From positions 1-35,707 of IMG/VR virus record IMGVR_UViG_3300038954_000192: a stretch of DNA of 35,707 nucleotides. One strand, written 5' to 3'. Below the pieces are notes generated by a model, which saw nothing but the letters and a program-made list of their open reading frames with translations, had not been told where the DNA came from and did not search any database. Positions 26,234 through 33,187 of this stretch are shown here, one piece after another. Positions within the stretch are counted from its first letter, which is position 1; each line of letters opens with the position of its first letter. This stretch comes from a virus (lineage: Duplodnaviria; Caudoviricetes). Made by a program: the position numbers and the translations under genes.

Positions 26234-26237
26234 ATAT

Positions 26238-26642
26238 TCAATTACTTTTATCAGCTAAATTATTATTATTGATATTATTATTAATTGATGATCGTTCAGG
26301 TTCTGATAAAGAACCGAATGAACCATTACTATTTTCAATTTCTCTAACAGATTCATTTAAATCTCTAAATCTACTATTAACTGCATTAATTGCTTGAGTA
26401 TTTAATTGAATCGCATTTTTTACTTCTTCAAATTCATTATTAATATATATTTTTTGTTCAACATATAACTCTTTTTGATGTTTTGCTGTTTGTTTTATGG
26501 TTGGTTGAATAATTAATTTATAAAAACCAAAAAATATACCTAGAATTGCAATTATTGTTGAAATGAATCCTTTTAAAGTGAATTGTATTATTGTATTTCC
26601 TCCAAGTATTTTATTATTTTTTTGATTAATGTTATTTGACAT
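26238..26642 (-). CDS. Single-pass membrane protein with a coiled coil (holin/spanin-like candidate)
   Basis: TM segment FISTIIAILGIFFGFY followed by a heptad-like region. Confidence 0.6.
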   Translation of the reverse strand: MSNNINQKNNKILGGNTIIQFTLKGFISTIIAILGIFFGFYKLIIQPTIKQTAKHQKELYVEQKIYINNEFEEVKNAIQLNTQAINAVNSRFRDLNESVREIENSNGSFGSLSEPERSSINNNINNNNLADKSN

Positions 26643-26657
26643 TTTTTTTTTTATTTT

Positions 26658-27167
26658 TTAGTTTTTATTAATATTTCTATTTTCATAAATGGCTTTATCC
26701 CATTTTATATAAAAATTTATTTTTTTTATTGATGTTGTTTTATATTTATAAATTAATGTTGGTGTTGTTTTAACAGCGATTAAAAAACCATCTGGAAATT
26801 TTTCTTTTGTAACTTCAATACCATTGATATAAACTTTACCACCATATATCCAAGTATTTGTTTTATCACCATTGTATATTGAGTTACTTTTTAAATATAA
26901 TCTATAAACATATGTAATTTTATAATTATTGATAGTATCATAATTTCTTTTTTTGATGAAATGTTTATTAAGTTTAATTTCATTAGATGTTAATTTTTTT
27001 GTTTTTTGTTCAATAGTAATAAAAGCTGATACAGAAATTTTATTATTATTAACATTCATTGACCATTCACCAAAATCTTTAAATATAATACCATCGACAT
27101 TACCATTTTGTGAATAAATAGAAATGAATGAAATGATGAATAATATCATCAAAATAAATTTCTTCAT
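26658..27167 (-). CDS. Secreted protein with a Sec signal peptide
   Basis: MKKFILMILFIISFISIYS-Q, a Bacteroidota-like signal with Gln at +1; late motif upstream. Confidence 0.7.
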   Translation of the reverse strand: MKKFILMILFIISFISIYSQNGNVDGIIFKDFGEWSMNVNNNKISVSAFITIEQKTKKLTSNEIKLNKHFIKKRNYDTINNYKITYVYRLYLKSNSIYNGDKTNTWIYGGKVYINGIEVTKEKFPDGFLIAVKTTPTLIYKYKTTSIKKINFYIKWDKAIYENRNINKN

Positions 27168-27185
27168 AGTATTATATGTTCTGGT

Positions 27186-27194
27186 AATAAATAC
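27186..27194 (-). promoter_or_regulatory. Putative late promoter GTATTTATT
   Basis: 18 nt upstream of the start at 27167. Confidence 0.6.
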
Positions 27195-27204
27195 TATTTT
27201 TCTA

Positions 27205-28824
27205 TTAAAAATTTAATTCATATTTAAATTTTCCACAGTCCCAAATTCTATCAAAATCTAATTCTTGCATCATTTCCCACTCTGTTTTACTTTCATCATA
27301 TACTTCGGGGAACTTTCTTTTTATATTTGATTTACCAAAACCAAATTTATGGAATCTTTTATGTCTATCAAATTTAGGATTATAATACCAATATTCTGGT
27401 TTTAGTGTTTGTGTGTGCCTGAAATTTAATTTGGTGTATAGATTATTATCAGGATTTGGTGTCCATCTTCTATCAGCAAAAGATATAATCTTTTGTGGAT
27501 TGTAATTTTTAATAAAATATTTTAACAATCTTGATGCTATTCCAGTAATAATCATACTATCCTTTACAGCAAATCTTGATAGTTCATATATTTTGCTATG
27601 ATGTTTTTTTGCTTTATTTAAATATCTTTTGTTGTTGAATGTCATAATCGCAACAATTTCATCATCATGTATGGCTGCAATATTTATGGATGATTTATCA
27701 CTTCCTTGTATATGGTTTTCATTTAAAAATTCATTTTTTTGATTTGAAGTCACGTTATCTGATATCACACATTTTCTAGCATGAATAGTCTTACTATCAA
27801 AACTGCATTTTAAAATATGTTTAATCTTGTTAATCACCAACTGTGGTTTATAATGTAGTTCATCTTCAAATATGTGATATAATTGCACTCCTTTTTCTTG
27901 GGCAAGTTTTGTTTTATTTAGATGATAATTTTTATCTTTTTTACCGAAAATTTCAGTATGAAATAGTGAACCATTAATTTCAAAGCCATTATTATTATAA
28001 AGTAAATCAATCTCCTTACCATCTAAAAGCGATCTATTTGATTTATCAAAATTTACTGGAATATTGTCAACTATAAAATTTTCGATTGATGATGTTTTTA
28101 TGTATGGCGTATTTTTTAAAAATTGATTGTAATTTTTTATTAGTTTATTCTTTGTTTCGGGTGATACTAATTTATTCTCATATTTTATTTTATATTCTAA
28201 TTGTGTTATGTTATGTTTTTTTAATAAATGTGTGTTTGTAATCGTTTTAAACTTCCCCCCACATATTTTACATGTGATTAAATCATCATAAATTTCCTTT
28301 TTAAAATATTCATTATCGTCAGGATTATTTTTCAAATGTTTATGTAGTGATAAATTATGGACATTTTTTAAATGTTTTTCATACGCACCTGATAGATTCT
28401 CAATATCTTCAGTTGTCCAATCACAATATTTACATTTTTTTGTTGATTGAATTTTCTCATATTTAAAATCAAAATATTTATCATACCAAAATTTACCTGT
28501 TTTATATTCAATGGTTTTTCTTTTATATTTGGATGGTAAATTAATATTATATGTGGATTTCACATGATTTGTTAATGCACCGGATATATTTGTATAATCA
28601 TAAAATTTCTTATTTGTGTATTTACAAATGGCAACAATTACATATCCATTTTTTATTGGATAGTTTTTATTAATATTTTTCTTATAATCTTTAGATTTTA
28701 TTAATTTTTGGATATAGCTAAATGAATAATTATATTTATTACTTAATTTTCTTATACTAATCCCCGAAATATAATTTTCATATATTTCATTAGCTAATTG
28801 CTCTTCAATTTCAATTTTTTTCAT
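27205..28824 (-). CDS. Second free-standing putative homing endonuclease (Hef-like): HTH + C2H2 Zn fingers + Vsr/DUF559-like nuclease + Mom-like GNAT domain
   Basis: N-terminal HTH (SIRKLSNKYNYSFSYI), CKYCDW..HLKNVH and CKICG..HLLKKH, EIDLL..GFEINGSLFH..LYHIFEDE, then NHIQG..YELSRFA..GIASRLL..IISFADRRW..LYTKLNF. Start at ATG 28824 preferred. Confidence 0.8.
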   Translation of the reverse strand: MKKIEIEEQLANEIYENYISGISIRKLSNKYNYSFSYIQKLIKSKDYKKNINKNYPIKNGYVIVAICKYTNKKFYDYTNISGALTNHVKSTYNINLPSKYKRKTIEYKTGKFWYDKYFDFKYEKIQSTKKCKYCDWTTEDIENLSGAYEKHLKNVHNLSLHKHLKNNPDDNEYFKKEIYDDLITCKICGGKFKTITNTHLLKKHNITQLEYKIKYENKLVSPETKNKLIKNYNQFLKNTPYIKTSSIENFIVDNIPVNFDKSNRSLLDGKEIDLLYNNNGFEINGSLFHTEIFGKKDKNYHLNKTKLAQEKGVQLYHIFEDELHYKPQLVINKIKHILKCSFDSKTIHARKCVISDNVTSNQKNEFLNENHIQGSDKSSINIAAIHDDEIVAIMTFNNKRYLNKAKKHHSKIYELSRFAVKDSMIITGIASRLLKYFIKNYNPQKIISFADRRWTPNPDNNLYTKLNFRHTQTLKPEYWYYNPKFDRHKRFHKFGFGKSNIKRKFPEVYDESKTEWEMMQELDFDRIWDCGKFKYELNF

Positions 28825-28853
28825 ATTTATAATCCTTGTATTGGTGTACAATC

Positions 28854-28884
28854 ATAAATACGATAATATATAAAAATGGTTACA
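28854..28884 (-). promoter_or_regulatory. Composite promoter: ECF-type TGTAAC-N16-CGTA overlapping late GTATTTAT
   Basis: Minus strand reads TGTAAC CATTTTTATATATTAT CGTATTTAT. Confidence 0.6.
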
Positions 28885-28959
28885 AAGTTTCTGACTTTTT
28901 TATATATTAATTTTCTTATTTTTTTTATACTTTTTATATGTTTATGCAGACATATATAA

Positions 28960-28991
28960 AAAAAAAGAGTTGGATTTCCAACTCTTTTTTT
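28960..28991 (-). terminator. Intrinsic terminator after the major capsid gene
   Basis: A7-GAGTTGGA-TT-TCCAACTC-T7 inverted repeat. Confidence 0.85.
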
Positions 28992-29009
28992 ATATTAATT
29001 GATTTATTT

Positions 29010-30674
29010 TTATCTTAATTCACCAATACCAAATGTTTGAAGACCATCACAGTAAATTCTACCATAGTAACGATTTAATACCATTTTCTTAGCATAACGT
29101 GTCATTATACCACGAATAGGTGTAAAATCAAATGGGTTATACATTACTGGAGTTAACTGCATCGGTACGTAGGGCGCATATATGTAACCGGTTTCTAAGA
29201 TACTAGTACCTTTATGACCAATTAACACAGTGTTTGCTGGTGCATAAGGGTCACGATATACTTGATAACGACCTGAAAGTGAACCAATTTTTTCAATACC
29301 CATGTTATATTTATCTTGCTCTGGAGCAGCAGTTGATACATGGAAATATTCAAGATCATCGAATACAGCACTTACTTCAGGAGATACAACAACCCATGAA
29401 GCACCACCACGAAGAGTAGACTTATGAATTTGAGCAGAAATCTGATTAATCTTAGTGATTAATGTTTGATTCCAGTCTTTTTGTGTACCATAATAAGCGT
29501 TACTTTGTTTACGAAGACCATTATAATCCCAACGAACAGTCCATGCAGCACCTCTACGAAGATCACGAAGAATTTCACGATCAATTTCAGCAGCCATTTG
29601 TTCTGAAAGAAGAGCAGTTAATTCTGCTTCAGCATCAATGTTGTGGAATGCACTAACATCTTGTGCTAATTCAGGAGTCCATTGTGCTCTCATTTTACGT
29701 GTTTCAACTGAAACTGTTACTTCATCTAATTGGAATGTAACTTCAGCCATTCTTGAATCTTCTTCAAGATCGCTATATACTCTATATGAGTAGTTAAAAT
29801 CAGGTGTTGAAGCTGCAGATAATGGTTGATAACCATCTTGTCCAGCATATGTAAGATCAACATAAAGTTCAAGAACACCGTCTTTATCAACAATAGCTTG
29901 ACCATATTTTTGTACTCTTACATTAAATGGAAGAGCAGAACCAGCAGCTTTAGATTCACTACTATATGCACTTGGTGCATCAAAATTAACATTTGAAGTA
30001 ATATTCAATGATGAAAGGAAAGTTTCAGTATCCATTGGAACACCAGCAGGACCGATCAATTGACCTTCATTAGTTGTTGAAAATCCAGTAATTTGAATTC
30101 TCAATTGTTTATCACCACTAGAATATGCTACAGGTTGATTAGTAACACCAGTTACAACTTCAACTGAACCTCTTGAACGATCAAATAATGATGTACCTTC
30201 TTGATCATATTCTGAAGCATAAAATGCATCATATAATGAACGATCTTCAAATTGAGTTCTAGCTGAAGGTGCTTTTGTTGCAGCATTTGAATAAGCACCA
30301 TCAGGTGAAGTATGTTCACCAACCGTATTATCAACTCTTTCACTAGCCTTTGGATTAATGTAATATAATTTACCAATAGGTAAATTCAATGCCTGTACAG
30401 ACACAATATCATTTGCTAATAATTTAGCAAATACTCTTCGAATCACCGGGAATGCAACGGTTTCAAATTGACCACTTGATGCAGAATCAGTCGCTTCATT
30501 AATCATATATGAAAGCTGATTTTCCATTAACTGAGCAACGTTTTCTTTAACGTTACCATCTAAGCCTTCTAACAAACCAATTTTTTCCCAGCGATTTGAA
30601 GTAATTTCTCTTTGTTCACGAAGTTGTTTTAAACCAATATTACCAACTTCAGCACTTTCTGTTAAAAATCCCAT
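29010..30674 (-). CDS. gp23: Major capsid protein (T4 gp23-like)
   Basis: FPVIRRVF..LANDIVSVQ, VETRKMRAQWTPELAQDVSAFHNIDAEAELTALLSEQMAAEIDREIL, GRYQVYRDPY, GYIYAPYVP, FTPIRGIMTRYA. Confidence 0.98.
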   Translation of the reverse strand: MGFLTESAEVGNIGLKQLREQREITSNRWEKIGLLEGLDGNVKENVAQLMENQLSYMINEATDSASSGQFETVAFPVIRRVFAKLLANDIVSVQALNLPIGKLYYINPKASERVDNTVGEHTSPDGAYSNAATKAPSARTQFEDRSLYDAFYASEYDQEGTSLFDRSRGSVEVVTGVTNQPVAYSSGDKQLRIQITGFSTTNEGQLIGPAGVPMDTETFLSSLNITSNVNFDAPSAYSSESKAAGSALPFNVRVQKYGQAIVDKDGVLELYVDLTYAGQDGYQPLSAASTPDFNYSYRVYSDLEEDSRMAEVTFQLDEVTVSVETRKMRAQWTPELAQDVSAFHNIDAEAELTALLSEQMAAEIDREILRDLRRGAAWTVRWDYNGLRKQSNAYYGTQKDWNQTLITKINQISAQIHKSTLRGGASWVVVSPEVSAVFDDLEYFHVSTAAPEQDKYNMGIEKIGSLSGRYQVYRDPYAPANTVLIGHKGTSILETGYIYAPYVPMQLTPVMYNPFDFTPIRGIMTRYAKKMVLNRYYGRIYCDGLQTFGIGELR

Positions 30675-30690
30675 TTTATTTAATTTTTAT

Positions 30691-32226
30691 TTATTTTATT
30701 ATTTTTTTCTTATCATTTTTTTCGAGTTGTTCAATCATTCTTTTCATTTTGCCAATGTGTTCATCATTCTCATATGCTGTTTTTTCTTCAACAAGTTTTT
30801 CTTTCGAAGATTTACCAACAGTTTTACTTACTTTATCTTCAATATTTTCAGAAATTGTTTTCTTTTCTTCTTTCATTTCAGAAAGAATTTTATCATATTT
30901 CTTTTTAGATTCACCAATTGTATTAACTTTTTTAAAATCATTAATAACATTAATTTTATCTTCTTGAGTTAAAGCAAGTGATTCATTAACTAAAATGTTA
31001 TTGACATGTGCTAAATTAGTATTAAACACTGCCATTTCTTTTAATTGAGTTCGATATTTTTCAAGTGCAGTTTTATAATTTTCAAGTAACTTATTTACAG
31101 TTTCTTTGTATTTTTTAGATTCATTAATCTTCTTTGATAACTGCTTATTTTCTTTAAGTAATGATGAATATTTTTTATTAACAGATTCATTTTGTGGATT
31201 ATTAAAACTACCATATCTTTTATGACGATGTTTAGCAGAATCTTCTCCGGGGAGATGATCACCTGCAACATGTTTACTTGAACTATGTGCGATACCCATA
31301 GCTTCATCAACTTCACTATCATCATTTAAAACCTTTTCGATATCATCATCAGTAATAGGTTCATCTTCTTTTTCATCGATCATTTTAGTGGTTGGACCAC
31401 CATTTTCACGACCTTTATAGTTTTGTTTACCACCATGTTGTTTTTGTTCATCAGTGATTTCTTCTTCACTAGATTCTTTTTCATCGATCATTTTAGTGGT
31501 TGGACCACCATTTTCACGACCTTTATAGTTTTGTTTACCACCATGTTGTTTTTGTTCTTCCATCTGTTCAATACTATTCAACATTTCTTGAAGTTTATCT
31601 TTCATTGATGCAATTGGATTATTATCATCTTCAAGATTATCTTTTAATTGTTCCATTTCAGAAATTTCATTTTCAATTTCTTCCATTGTTACAATTTCAT
31701 CATTTGAATCAGCATTATCAATTGCATTTTCAGTGTTATCAGTATCAAGATCGGTAATATCAAATTCTTCATTAATATTTTCATTATCTTTTTTTACTGC
31801 TTTTTTTGCGTTAGTTTTATTAGCAACTGTATCACCAGATGTTTTCTCTTTAAATGCTACACCATCACCATTTTTTTCTTTTTCTATATTAGGTGTATCT
31901 TTTTCAACATCAGCCATAAAACTTTTTTCACGCTCTTCATTTGTAACCTTTTTGGTTTCTTTTTTCTTTTCTTTTTTCATTTTGGATTCAGTGTTTTTAT
32001 CTTCAGATTCATCTAAATTATTAGATTCTTTATTTTCTACCTTTTTATATGGCTCTTTTTCTGAATTATTATTTTTATTATTTATTTCTTCTTTTAATAA
32101 ATCATTAAATTTCTCAGGAAATTCTTTAGCTAATTTTTTAGCAGCATTATTTTCTGCAGCTTCTTGAATTTGTTTATAATCGGCTAAAGCATTTTCAATT
32201 ATTGATTTTTTTTCCTCTTTTGCCAT
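30691..32226 (-). CDS. Prohead core/scaffold protein (gp22-like)
   Basis: Highly charged, coiled-coil C-terminus, many [ILV]xE sites; lies between the protease and MCP genes. Confidence 0.8.
   Translation of the reverse strand: MAKEEKKSIIENALADYKQIQEAAENNAAKKLAKEFPEKFNDLLKEEINNKNNNSEKEPYKKVENKESNNLDESEDKNTESKMKKEKKKETKKVTNEEREKSFMADVEKDTPNIEKEKNGDGVAFKEKTSGDTVANKTNAKKAVKKDNENINEEFDITDLDTDNTENAIDNADSNDEIVTMEEIENEISEMEQLKDNLEDDNNPIASMKDKLQEMLNSIEQMEEQKQHGGKQNYKGRENGGPTTKMIDEKESSEEEITDEQKQHGGKQNYKGRENGGPTTKMIDEKEDEPITDDDIEKVLNDDSEVDEAMGIAHSSSKHVAGDHLPGEDSAKHRHKRYGSFNNPQNESVNKKYSSLLKENKQLSKKINESKKYKETVNKLLENYKTALEKYRTQLKEMAVFNTNLAHVNNILVNESLALTQEDKINVINDFKKVNTIGESKKKYDKILSEMKEEKKTISENIEDKVSKTVGKSSKEKLVEEKTAYENDEHIGKMKRMIEQLEKNDKKKIIK
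31366..31557. repeat. Exact 84-bp direct repeat (31366-31449 and 31474-31557; 108-bp period)
   Basis: Both copies encode EQKQHGGKQNYKGRENGGPTTKMIDEKE; no mismatch seen. Confidence 0.92.
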
Positions 32227-32248
32227 AGTTTGAATAATTTAATTTTAT

Positions 32249-32257
32249 TATAAATAC
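32249..32257 (-). promoter_or_regulatory. Putative late promoter GTATTTATA (scaffold-MCP)
   Basis: 22 nt upstream of the start at 32226. Confidence 0.7.
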
Positions 32258-32346
32258 ATTATTATTAAGAAAAAGTAATATTTTAATTAAAATCTATTAT
32301 GATTTTCTTGATTTTTATATTATTTTTTATTAAATTTTAGGTTTTT

Positions 32347-33051
32347 TTATATTAAAAATTTATCTAACGTATTGATAATCTTATTACTTTCTTCTTTTAA
32401 ATAAATACCGTCTTTTTTTATATAATTTTCACCAATTGCTTGTTCAACATTATTAACACCCGGAAATAAATATGCACCCGGAGTACTTGGTGTTGCAACA
32501 AGATCAAAACCAATTAATTCAAAATCTGATTGTACTATATTTTGTCCATTTACTTCCTTTAAACTACCAACACCACGAGATGATATACCAAGTTTGTAAC
32601 CATTTTCTAAATAAAGTAATATTTTATCACCAATTACTGAACAAATACCATATTTTATATAACCTCTAGTTACTAATAATTTTAATTGACCAAATAGAAT
32701 ATGTTCTTGATTACCACTACCCCACCACATTTTTGTAATCATGTGTGATAAGTTATGTAGTGATATAATACTGCTATCAGGGTGATCTGCTTCTGATCCA
32801 GCAGAATTGTTATTAACATGTTTTTCATATTCATTTACTTGTGGTACTAACACTTCTTGGGGATAAATTCTTCCGTTTTTATTTTCAACCCCCCACTTTT
32901 GTAATACACAATTTATTAAGAGAGGTTCATTTGGTTTAACTTCAAAATTTTCAGCTATAATATTCTTATTCATATCTGGACTGATATATCCAGCATCTTG
33001 TTCAATTAAAATACCAAATCCAGATTCACCAGCTTGTAAGATTTTTGCCAT
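32347..33051 (-). CDS. gp21: Prohead core protease (T4 gp21-like)
   Basis: NKNGRIYP, EADHP, LSHMITKM, LGISSRGVGS, DFELIGFDLVATPSTPGAY. Confidence 0.95.
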   Translation of the reverse strand: MAKILQAGESGFGILIEQDAGYISPDMNKNIIAENFEVKPNEPLLINCVLQKWGVENKNGRIYPQEVLVPQVNEYEKHVNNNSAGSEADHPDSSIISLHNLSHMITKMWWGSGNQEHILFGQLKLLVTRGYIKYGICSVIGDKILLYLENGYKLGISSRGVGSLKEVNGQNIVQSDFELIGFDLVATPSTPGAYLFPGVNNVEQAIGENYIKKDGIYLKEESNKIINTLDKFLI

Positions 33052-33067
33052 AATTATATTTATTTAC

Positions 33068-33115
33068 TATAAATAGTATTCTTATTATTTTTATTAATAT
33101 TTTATATATAAATAG
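33068..33115 (-). promoter_or_regulatory. Tandem putative late promoters CTATTTATA (33068-33076 and 33107-33115)
   Basis: Two copies upstream of the protease gene on its coding strand. Confidence 0.6.
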
Positions 33116-33164
33116 TCTTGTATATTCAATTAGAATATATTAATTTTATATTTTTTAGTATTAA

Positions 33165-33173
33165 CTATTTATT
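33165..33173 (+). promoter_or_regulatory. Putative late promoter CTATTTATT
   Basis: 14 nt upstream of the ATG at 33188. Confidence 0.6.
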
Positions 33174-33187
33174 ATAAATTTTATATA

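Noticed and set aside
31366-31557. 84-bp repeat as a DGR template/variable pair or a CRISPR array
   Set aside because: Only two identical in-frame copies, with no adenine-specific differences, no reverse transcriptase and no spacers.
385-32669. Shadow ORFs in the track (385-822, 3407-3607, 5306-5506, 6348-6539, 8178-8375, 8641-8898, 9677-10120, 10202-10435, 10771-11149, 19582-19782, 21195-21383, 29234-30376, 30727-32167, 32472-32669)
   Set aside because: They overlap well-supported genes in antisense or alternative frames, show the F/L/I/S-rich composition expected from reverse-complementing AT-rich codons, and have no motifs.
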